Shown in pieces: positions 54,002-61,072 of a stretch of 61,072 nucleotides of DNA. Numbering within the stretch: the stretch's first letter is position 1; every line of letters begins with the position of its first letter. The notes beneath the pieces were generated by a model. It was not told where the DNA came from. It did no database searches and worked only from the letters and a program-made list of their open reading frames with translations. Where the stretch lies: assembly GCA_030841185.1 (NCBI GenBank), contig JAVEDB010000181.1, positions 1 through 61,072 of the forward strand, read 5' to 3'. Source of the stretch: Actinomycetota bacterium (GTDB lineage Bacteria > Actinomycetota > Actinomycetes > JACCUZ01). The translations under genes and the position numbers were made by a program.

Positions 54002-54686
54002 GCGGCCGTACACCCTCCTGAGCTGCGGCATGTCGATCGACGGGTACCTCGACAACGCGACGGAGGAACGGCTGGCGCTGTCCAACGAGGCCGACTTCGA
54101 GCGGGTGGACGCCGTACGCGCGGACTGTGACGCGATCATGGTGGGCGCCGCGACCGTCCGGAAGGACAACCCGCGGCTGCTGGTGCGCTCGGCCGCGCTT
54201 CGGGACCACCGGGTCGCCCGCGGGCTGGGCCCGTCTCCCACGAGGGTGACGGTGACCGGAAGCGCCCGGCTCGACGCGGGTGCGAACTTCTTCACTCTCG
54301 GTGACACCGAGAAGCTGGTCTACTGCTCGACCGCGACGGTGGCCGAGGCTCGCTCCCGGCTGGGGGCGGTGGCCACCGTGATCGACGGCGGCCGGCCGGT
54401 GGACATGCGCTGGGTCAGCGAGGATCTCGGGGCGCGCGGAGTGCGGCGACTGATGGTCGAGGGCGGCAGCACGGTGCACACGCAGTTCCTGACCGCAGAC
54501 CTCGCCGACGAGCTGCAGCTGGTCGTCGCGCCGTTCTTCGTGGGGGACTCGCGGGCCCGCCGGTTCGTCAGCGACGGCCGGTTCCCCTGGAACCCCGACC
54601 GGCGCGCCACTCTCGCGGCGGTGCACCAGATCGGTGACGTGGTCCTGCTCCGCTATGCCCTGTCGACACGGTTCAACACGGACTGA
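53994..54686 (+). CDS. Stand-alone RibD C-terminal-domain (DHFR-fold) reductase
   Basis: YTLLSCGMSIDGYLD...IMVGAATVRKDNPRL...RLMVEGGSTVHTQFL. No cytidine-deaminase-type domain is attached. The start overlaps the upstream gene end by 8 nt. Confidence 0.8.
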   Translation: MTERPYTLLSCGMSIDGYLDNATEERLALSNEADFERVDAVRADCDAIMVGAATVRKDNPRLLVRSAALRDHRVARGLGPSPTRVTVTGSARLDAGANFFTLGDTEKLVYCSTATVAEARSRLGAVATVIDGGRPVDMRWVSEDLGARGVRRLMVEGGSTVHTQFLTADLADELQLVVAPFFVGDSRARRFVSDGRFPWNPDRRATLAAVHQIGDVVLLRYALSTRFNTD

Positions 54687-54699
54687 CAGAGGAGAACCC

Positions 54700-55359
54700 A
54701 TGCCGCGAAACGTTCCCACCGCGACCATCCGCACCCAGGTGACGGTGCCGTTGCGCTTTGCCGATGGTTACGCCACGGACGCCCGGGTCTTCAGCTTCGA
54801 GGGACTCGTCGACGGCCGGGAGAACCTGGCGTTCGGCCTCGGCGACTGGGCGGGGACGTTCACCCCGGACGACCAGCGGGGCGCAGTGCCGCTCGTCCGG
54901 CCACACAGCGAGTGCCTCACCGGCGACGTCTTCGGCAGCCAGCGCTGTGACTGCGGTCCGCAACTGCGCGAGGCCGTGGAGCGGATCGCTGACTCCGGCG
55001 GGTTCCTGCTGTACCTGCGGCAGGAGGGGCGTGGCATCGGCCTCTACGCCAAGCTCGACGCCTACGCGCTGCAGGACGACGGCCTCGACACGTACCAGGC
55101 CAACCTCGCGCTCGGCCACGCCGAGGACGAGCGCAACTACCTCGTCGCGGCGCAGATGCTGCACGCCCTGGGTCTGTCGCGGGTGGCCCTGCTGAGCAAC
55201 AACCCGGACAAGGCCAAGCAGCTAGACCGGCTGGGGGTGACCGTCACTGAACGGGTGCCGACGGGTGTGTACCTATCCGCGGTCAACGCGAGGTACCTGG
55301 CTGCCAAGGTCCGGCACGGCGCGCACACCCTCGACCTGCCGATCGCCGGTCTGCCATGA
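54700..55359 (+). CDS. GTP cyclohydrolase II (stand-alone, RibA-type)
   Basis: VRPHSECLTGDVFGSQRCDCG (Zn site), YLRQEGRGIGL, AYALQD and LLSNNPDK. SD GAGGAG lies 5 nt upstream of the ATG. Confidence 0.9.
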   Translation: MPRNVPTATIRTQVTVPLRFADGYATDARVFSFEGLVDGRENLAFGLGDWAGTFTPDDQRGAVPLVRPHSECLTGDVFGSQRCDCGPQLREAVERIADSGGFLLYLRQEGRGIGLYAKLDAYALQDDGLDTYQANLALGHAEDERNYLVAAQMLHALGLSRVALLSNNPDKAKQLDRLGVTVTERVPTGVYLSAVNARYLAAKVRHGAHTLDLPIAGLP

Positions 55360-55386
55360 ATGGGGTTGCGTGGTTTCATCTCTGCC

Positions 55387-57714
55387 TCAGCCGAACGCGC
55401 TGAGGAAGCGATCGCGGAAGGAGCTCATCGGCCAGACCGGTGCGTGCGGGTCGGGATGCAGGCCGTCCTGCCAGCCCCACGAGGAGATCCGGTCCATGAC
55501 CCGCTTGTCGCGCGCGATGATCGTGATCGGCACGTCGTGGCTGGCGTTCTCACCGGTCACGACCGTCGCGGGTTGGTGGTCGCCGACGAGGATGAGCACG
55601 AGGTTGTCCGCGGCGTACCGCTGCATGAACGAGATCAGGGTGCTCATCGTGTACGCGATCGACTGTCCGTAGGCCGCCCGGACCGCGGGCGGATTGGTGT
55701 ACAGGGCGTACTGCGACACCTTCAGGGTGGCCATGGGGGCGAAGATCGAACCGTCGCCGAGCTGTGTCCAGTCGATCATGTTCGGGATGCGCGTCCACGG
55801 CGCGTGCGACGAGACCAGGTCGATCTCTGCCATGACGGGCGGGTGGCGGGGGGCCAGCTCGAGGCGGTTGAAGGCTGACATGACGTACTGGTCGGGCATG
55901 GCGGCGTAGGAGAACGTCGGACCGTGGTACCCGACGTTGCGCCGGTCATAGAGCTTGTCGTAGTGGTAGAAGGACGTTCCCTCTGGCCAGGTCCGGTTGT
56001 CCGACGGCATGTCGGCTACCGTCCGCCAGCCCGCACGCCGGAAGGCCTCGCTGAGGGTCAATCGGTCCGTGTTGACGAGCTGGCTGTAGCGGCGCTGGGT
56101 GTCGACCCGAAGCCCGGACTGAAGGGTGGCGTGCGCGAGCCAGCTGAGGCCGCCGAACGTCGGGGAGGTCAGAAATGCGCTGCGGGAGGCGAAGCCGGCG
56201 GCTCGCAGTTGCTTGGTCCCCGCGTCGAGGGTCGCAGCCACCGGTGGCGAGACCGCCGGGCCCTGGACGGCCACCCGCCCGTAGCTCTCGACGAAGGCCA
56301 GGATGACGTCCTTGCCGCGTAGACCGGTCAGCAGCCGGTCGCCGCTGGTGCCGTCGAAGCGGTCGCGAGCGATCTCGGAAGCGAACGTCGCGCGGTCCGG
56401 CAATCCGGTTCGGACTGCCTGCTGCTGCTCGTAGACGAGCCTGGAGGCACTCGTGGAGGCGATGGGCAAACCGGGCTCGATCTGCGCGCCGAGCACCGCA
56501 CAGAGCACCCACGCGACGCCCAGCGCCGTGACGGTGCGCAGCGAGGACGTGCGATGGCGCGCCGCGAGCCGGGCGAGGCGGAGCACCGACAGCGTCGTCA
56601 GGGCGAGTACCGCGACGCCGAGCAGGGCCACGCCGATGAGTGCGAGGGTCGCGGTCGCCCCACCGACCGACAGCCGCAACGTCTCGACTCCGATCCCGGC
56701 GTAGTCCAGGTCAACCACCGGATTGAACGGGCGGTCGAAGGTCGCGAAGAAGCCGACGTCGAGGACCTTCACCAGGAGCAGCAGACCGAGAGCCGGCCCG
56801 ACGATCCAGGCCATGAAGCGTTGCGCCGTGGCGGACAGGACAGCGGCCAGGGCGACGAGGACACCCTCGATCGGGATCCGAACGAATGCGCCGGGGGTGA
56901 GGCTGCTCAGCTGGTTCGGCCCGACAAGGGCGACCCACACCAGAAGGCCGGCCAGGACCGTGGTCGTCGCGGCCGTCACACTGCGAAGCCGTCGCCGCCC
57001 AGGCGACGTCACCAGGCCGAGCGCGTCGTGCCTCCGGCGCCACAGCCACCACACGCTGCGACCGAACGACTCCATGAGAAGCGCGAGGGACGCGACGAGC
57101 GCGACCTGCATCCAGCTGCGCGGGACGACGTCCGCCGCGGCGACCGTCAAGGTGATGCCCTGGATCGCCGCGACGACCTTGCCCCAGTAGCGCGCCGGCA
57201 GCGGGCGGCGCAGCCAGGGCAACAGCCGACCGGCCACGACGAACGCATAGCGGGCCGCTCCGATCGTCAGCACCCACCAGGCGCCCGACGAGGCGACGTA
57301 ACCGCTGAGGACGAGGATCAGGAAGGAGTCGACCTCCGCGTCGAAACGCGCCCCGAGGGGCGACGTGGTGGCCGTCCGCCGCGCCACCCAGCCGTCGATC
57401 GCGTCCAGGACCAACGCGACAGCGGCGAGGCCGACGAGGACCGGCACCGAGGCGGCCCCCCGGAAGGTGTCCGCGACGAGGGCCGCCACCGCTCCGACGA
57501 GGGTCGCCCGGGCGATCGTTACCCGGTTGGCCGGTCCGAACCCGCGGGCGCGCGAACGCACCAACCCGCGGGCGATTCCTGCGTTCGCGACCACGCCACA
57601 GGCGAGGCCGACCGCCCAGCCGGCGGCACCCAGGCCCACGGTCACGGCGAGTACGGCGAGAAGCGCCAGCTGGGCGAGCAGGCCGACAGCGGCGCCGCGT
57701 TGAACAGATGCCAA
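55387..57714 (-). CDS. Fusion: CDP-alcohol phosphatidyltransferase (N) plus polytopic linker plus sulfatase/LtaS-like phosphotransferase domain (C)
   Basis: DAIDGWVARRTATTSPLGARFDAEVD matches D-x2-DG-x2-AR...G-x3-D-x3-D. The C-terminal half (ILAFVESYG...LTSPTFGGLSW...VGDHQP) resembles the alkaline-phosphatase superfamily. TTG start with GGAGG-N4. Confidence 0.7.
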   Translation of the reverse strand: MASVQRGAAVGLLAQLALLAVLAVTVGLGAAGWAVGLACGVVANAGIARGLVRSRARGFGPANRVTIARATLVGAVAALVADTFRGAASVPVLVGLAAVALVLDAIDGWVARRTATTSPLGARFDAEVDSFLILVLSGYVASSGAWWVLTIGAARYAFVVAGRLLPWLRRPLPARYWGKVVAAIQGITLTVAAADVVPRSWMQVALVASLALLMESFGRSVWWLWRRRHDALGLVTSPGRRRLRSVTAATTTVLAGLLVWVALVGPNQLSSLTPGAFVRIPIEGVLVALAAVLSATAQRFMAWIVGPALGLLLLVKVLDVGFFATFDRPFNPVVDLDYAGIGVETLRLSVGGATATLALIGVALLGVAVLALTTLSVLRLARLAARHRTSSLRTVTALGVAWVLCAVLGAQIEPGLPIASTSASRLVYEQQQAVRTGLPDRATFASEIARDRFDGTSGDRLLTGLRGKDVILAFVESYGRVAVQGPAVSPPVAATLDAGTKQLRAAGFASRSAFLTSPTFGGLSWLAHATLQSGLRVDTQRRYSQLVNTDRLTLSEAFRRAGWRTVADMPSDNRTWPEGTSFYHYDKLYDRRNVGYHGPTFSYAAMPDQYVMSAFNRLELAPRHPPVMAEIDLVSSHAPWTRIPNMIDWTQLGDGSIFAPMATLKVSQYALYTNPPAVRAAYGQSIAYTMSTLISFMQRYAADNLVLILVGDHQPATVVTGENASHDVPITIIARDKRVMDRISSWGWQDGLHPDPHAPVWPMSSFRDRFLSAFG

Positions 57715-57786
57715 CGAGCCTCCGTGTCTCCGGTTAGAGCAGGGGTTCTACAGCCGTGAACACGACACGTGCGGGAGTTTCGTTCA

Positions 57787-58569
57787 ATGAAGCAGTATGA
57801 GCGGCCCGCCTTTGTCGAGGCTCTCCAGTCGGCCCGCCTCTCGGCGTACGCCGCCGGGGAGTTCGTCGGCCAGGAGAGCTTTATGCGCGCGAGTGAGATC
57901 CTGGCGCTCGCCGTACAGGCGGGTGTCGGGCCGGAGACGTCCGTGCTGGACCTGTGTTGCGGCGTGGCCGGGCCGGGGCGGTTCATCACGGAGGCGCTGG
58001 GTTGTACGTATCTGGGCGTGGATTCCAGCCCCAGCGCCATCGGCATCGCGCGCGACCGTGCCGGCGACCTTGCCTGTCGCTTCGCGGTCTCGCAGGTCCC
58101 TCCGGTCCCACCCGGCCCGTTCGATGTCGTCCTGATGCTGGAGACCATGCTCGCCTTCCCCGACAAGGCGACATTGTTCCGCGAGATAGCAACGGCGCTA
58201 CCGACGGGCGGCCGCTTCGCGTTCACGCTTGAGGAGGGTCCGCCGTTGACCGCGGCGGAACGTGCGCGCATGCCCGACGCCGACACGGTGTGGCTCGTTC
58301 CGCTGCCGGAGATCTTCGCCAGCCTGGAGCGAGCAGGGATGCGGCTGCTCTGGCACGACGAGTGCAGTCAGTCCCACCTGGCCGTGGTCGATTCGCTGCT
58401 GGGAGCGTTGGCAGCCGATGCGACCGACATCACCGCTCGCCTCGGACCCCGCGCCCTCGACGAGCTGTTGAGAGCTCACCGACTCTGGAGCGACTGGCTG
58501 CGGAGCGGCCGGGTTCGCAAGTTCGCGGTGGTGGCGGAGAAGACCGGATCCCTCGCGACCAACTCGTGA
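57787..58569 (+). CDS. Class I SAM-dependent methyltransferase
   Basis: VLDLCCGVAGPGRF (motif I) and FDVVLMLETM. I chose the ATG at 57787, and GTG at 57769 is the alternative start. Confidence 0.75.
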   Translation: MKQYERPAFVEALQSARLSAYAAGEFVGQESFMRASEILALAVQAGVGPETSVLDLCCGVAGPGRFITEALGCTYLGVDSSPSAIGIARDRAGDLACRFAVSQVPPVPPGPFDVVLMLETMLAFPDKATLFREIATALPTGGRFAFTLEEGPPLTAAERARMPDADTVWLVPLPEIFASLERAGMRLLWHDECSQSHLAVVDSLLGALAADATDITARLGPRALDELLRAHRLWSDWLRSGRVRKFAVVAEKTGSLATNS

Positions 58570-58578
58570 CAGATCGGC

Positions 58579-60600
58579 ATGATTCAGGCACGATGCGGGG
58601 CAGGAGGTTCCGCCGTGCCCTCGATCGCCCGCCGCACCGTTCCACTTCTCGGCCTCAGCGCCGTCACCGCCGTGCTTGCCGTCAGCGCCGCGCTGGTCGT
58701 CCCCGTCTCGGCCGCGGGGAGTCAGGCAGCCGCCGCCACTGCCCCGACCGCGCAGGTGTGGATCACCACGCCGGACGGGACCCAGCGCCTCGCTCCCGCG
58801 ACCGGCGCTACCTTCCACCGGGGGGGCTCGGACCGGCTGACGATCACGGTCGACCCGACCCGGCGCTACCAGACGATGCGCGGTTTCGGCGCCTCGATCA
58901 CCGACTCCTCCGCCGTGGTCCTGTCCCGGCTGCGGGCGGCGAACCGGGACGCCGCGATGGCCGACCTGTTCAGCCCGCGCAGCGGAGACGCGCTGTCAGT
59001 GCTGCGCCAGCCGATGGGCGCGTCTGACTTCGTGGCCGGCGAGTTCTACACATACGACGACGTACCGGCCGGCAAGACCGACTACGCGATGCATAACTTC
59101 ACCGTCGCGCACGACCGGGTGCGCATCCTGCCGCTGCTGCGCCAGGCACTCGCCCTCAACCCCGACCTCACCGTGGTGGCCACACCGTGGAGCCCGCCGG
59201 CGTGGATGAAGACGAACGGTTCTCTGATCGGGGGCCGGCTGATCGACGACCCGGCCATCTACCGTGCGTACGCTCAATATTTCGTGATGTTCGTGCAGGC
59301 CTACCAGCAGGCCGGCGTCCCCGTGCATGCCGTGACGTTGCAGAACGAGCCGCAGAACCGTCACCCGAGTGCTTACCCCGGCACCGATCTGCCGGCGTGG
59401 CAGGAGACGAAGCTCGCCGCCGCGGTGGGAGCGGCCTTCGACGCGGCCGGCCTCGGCACAACGATCCTCGGCTACGACCACAACTGGTCCGAGCACCCGG
59501 GCGACATCGCCTCGACGCCACCTGGCGAGGACCCGGAGACCGACTACCCCTACCGGCTGCTGCGCTCCCCCGAGGCACAGCGGTTCGACGGCATCGCCTA
59601 CCACTGCTACAGCGGTGACCCGTCCGACATGACGAAGCTGCACGACGCCTTCCCGGGGACCGAGATCTGGTTCACCGAGTGCTCCGGCTCGCACGGCCTC
59701 TCCGACCCGCCGGCGCAGGTGTTCTCCGACACCCTGAAATGGCACGCCCGCAACCTGGTACTGGGTGTCACCCGCAACTGGTCGTCGACCGTCGTCAACT
59801 GGAACCTCGCGCTCGATCCGAGCGGTGGTCCGCACAACGGCGGCTGCGACTCCTGCACCGGCGTCGTCACGGTCGGACCCAGCCAGACCGTCACGCGCAA
59901 CGCGGAGTACTACACCCTCGGGCACCTCGCGCGCTTCGTGCGCCCCGGCGCGCAGCGCATCGCCAGCACGTCGTTCGGTACGACGGGCTGGAACGGCGCC
60001 ATGATGGACACGGCGTTCCGCAACCCCGACGGCACCATTGTGCTCGTCGCACACAACGAGAACGATGCCCCCGCGAGCTTCGCCGTCGCGCAGGCCGGGT
60101 CGTCGTTCGGTTACACATTGCCCGGCGGCGCGCTCGCAACGTTCGTCTGGCCGTCGTCGACGGCTCTGGACGACGGGCACCGACTGCTCGACCTGCACGG
60201 CGCGACGGCCTCCGCGTCCGAGGGCGCCGACGCCGGCAACGCCATCGACGATGATGCGGTCACCCGGTGGACGACCGGCGCCGCCCAACACCCGGGCCAG
60301 ACCCTCACGGTCGACCTGGGTACGACGCGCCAGGTCGGCCGCGTCGCGCTCGACACCGGGGCGATCACGGAGGCCGCCGTCAACTGGGGCCCCGGGCAGC
60401 CGTCCGGCGACTACCCCCGCGGCGTCGCCCTGTCGACCAGCACCGACGGCGTCCACTGGACGCGGGCGACAACGGCGGCTGGCTCCGGCCAGCTGACGGT
60501 GCTCGACTTCCGTAGTGCTGCTACGCGCTATTTGCGTATTGAGCAGACGGCCACCGCCGCGTCCTGGTGGTCGGTCGCCGACCTTCGCGTCTACACCTGA
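58579..60600 (+). CDS. Secreted GH30-family glycosidase (glucosylceramidase/beta-1,6-glucanase type) with C-terminal F5/8-type-C (CBM32-like) domain
   Basis: A signal peptide, then GFGASITDSSA, a PWSPPAWMK...LQNEP (acid/base Glu) region and FTECS. The tail reads NAIDDDAVTRWTTG...LRIEQT...WWSVADLRVY. Confidence 0.8.
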   Translation: MIQARCGAGGSAVPSIARRTVPLLGLSAVTAVLAVSAALVVPVSAAGSQAAAATAPTAQVWITTPDGTQRLAPATGATFHRGGSDRLTITVDPTRRYQTMRGFGASITDSSAVVLSRLRAANRDAAMADLFSPRSGDALSVLRQPMGASDFVAGEFYTYDDVPAGKTDYAMHNFTVAHDRVRILPLLRQALALNPDLTVVATPWSPPAWMKTNGSLIGGRLIDDPAIYRAYAQYFVMFVQAYQQAGVPVHAVTLQNEPQNRHPSAYPGTDLPAWQETKLAAAVGAAFDAAGLGTTILGYDHNWSEHPGDIASTPPGEDPETDYPYRLLRSPEAQRFDGIAYHCYSGDPSDMTKLHDAFPGTEIWFTECSGSHGLSDPPAQVFSDTLKWHARNLVLGVTRNWSSTVVNWNLALDPSGGPHNGGCDSCTGVVTVGPSQTVTRNAEYYTLGHLARFVRPGAQRIASTSFGTTGWNGAMMDTAFRNPDGTIVLVAHNENDAPASFAVAQAGSSFGYTLPGGALATFVWPSSTALDDGHRLLDLHGATASASEGADAGNAIDDDAVTRWTTGAAQHPGQTLTVDLGTTRQVGRVALDTGAITEAAVNWGPGQPSGDYPRGVALSTSTDGVHWTRATTAAGSGQLTVLDFRSAATRYLRIEQTATAASWWSVADLRVYT

Positions 60601-60623
60601 CCCCCTGAGCAAGGAGCGTTGTC

Positions 60624-61072
60624 GTGACCCGACATGTCCCCCGTCGTCGTGTGCTGCTCGCCCTCGTCGCGGTCGGCGCGACCGTGTCCGGCCTCGTTGC
60701 GCCGGCCGCCGTCTCGGCACTGTCCGCCGCGCCCGCGGCGGCCGCCGACCACGTGCTGCCCTACCAGGACCCTCGCCAGCCGATCGCGACGCGGGTCAGT
60801 GACTTGCTCAGCCGGATGTCGACGGCCGAGAAGATCGGCCAGATGACCCAGACCGAGCGGTACCAGGTGTTCGACGACCCGTCGCCGATCACGACGTACG
60901 GGCTCGGCTCGATCCTGTCCGGTGGCGGCTCGACCCCGGCCACCAACGCACCGGCCGCCTGGGCCGACATGATCGACCGCTTCCAGGCCGCCGCGCTCAA
61001 GACCCGGCTGGGCATCCCGCTGCTCTACGGGATCGACTCGGTGCACGGCGACGGCAATCTGTACGGCGCCAC
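60624..61072 (+). CDS. GH3-family beta-glucosidase (3' end beyond window)
   Basis: This ORF is absent from the track because it has no stop inside the window. GTG at 60624 lies 7 nt after AAGGAG. A signal peptide is followed by MSTAEKIGQMTQ...GLGSILSGGGS...IPLLYGIDSVHG. Confidence 0.8.
   Translation, partial: MTRHVPRRRVLLALVAVGATVSGLVAPAAVSALSAAPAAAADHVLPYQDPRQPIATRVSDLLSRMSTAEKIGQMTQTERYQVFDDPSPITTYGLGSILSGGGSTPATNAPAAWADMIDRFQAAALKTRLGIPLLYGIDSVHGDGNLYGA

Noticed and set aside
53994-55359. Reading the GCH II plus RibD-C pair as the housekeeping riboflavin operon
   Set aside because: There is no deaminase domain and no ribB, ribH or ribE. There is no room for an FMN riboswitch leader. The pair is embedded by overlapping starts and stops in an operon with GT4, a methyltransferase and membrane proteins. 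A role in riboflavin supply cannot be fully excluded without the rest of the genome.
1-61072. Scan for rRNA, tRNA, CRISPR arrays, riboswitch-sized leaders and recognisable defence-system proteins (nucleases, ATPases, reverse transcriptases, restriction-modification, toxin-antitoxin pairs)
   Set aside because: None were seen by eye. Intergenic regions are mostly shorter than 150 nt, and no spaced direct repeats were noticed. This is a visual scan only, so small ncRNAs could have been missed.

Overview
High-GC, actinobacterial-type chromosomal window, densely coding (about 60 CDSs). I saw no rRNA, tRNA, CRISPR array, transposase or integrase. Many long ORFs in the track are antisense or off-frame artefacts of the high GC content. 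Genes were called from recognisable protein motifs, Shine-Dalgarno (SD) sequences and start/stop overlaps. Layout: (1) 0.5-6.7 kb holds a fatty-acid beta-oxidation block: a TetR regulator and an ACOX-type acyl-CoA dehydrogenase, divergent from thiolase, a two-domain SDR and a MaoC hydratase. (2) 10.8-14.7 kb is a four-gene coupled operon (flippase-like membrane protein, GT4, PIG-L deacetylase, AUR1/PAP2-like inositol-phosphotransferase) that resembles the first steps of GPI-anchor synthesis. (3) 15.7-19.0 kb holds a BlaI-family repressor, a sensor-less M56 protease and an MFS transporter, divergent from a DedA gene. The exact 24-nt palindromic box in this intergenic region recurs 27 kb away in front of uppP, which suggests an undecaprenyl-phosphate recycling regulon. 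(4) 22.4-37.7 kb is a partly lower-GC glycan island. It carries a full pseudaminic acid set (pseB, C, H, G, I plus a pseF-aldo/keto-reductase fusion), GT2 and GtrA, two paralogous GT-C-like membrane proteins, an orphan protein, and a methyltransferase with no canonical start codon. (5) 37.8-40.5 kb is a coupled cassette of ACP, ANL ligase, SDR and a PPTase-like protein. (6) 48.7-55.4 kb is a tightly overlapping operon: membrane proteins, an MDR dehydrogenase, a degenerate PTPS/QueD-like protein, GT4, a methyltransferase, a flippase-like membrane protein, a stand-alone RibD-C reductase and GTP cyclohydrolase II. It converges on a CDP-alcohol-phosphatidyltransferase/sulfatase fusion. Modules 6, 4+5, 3 and 2 are my best candidates for an undescribed system. 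All functional calls rest on motif recognition by eye and no database search was run.
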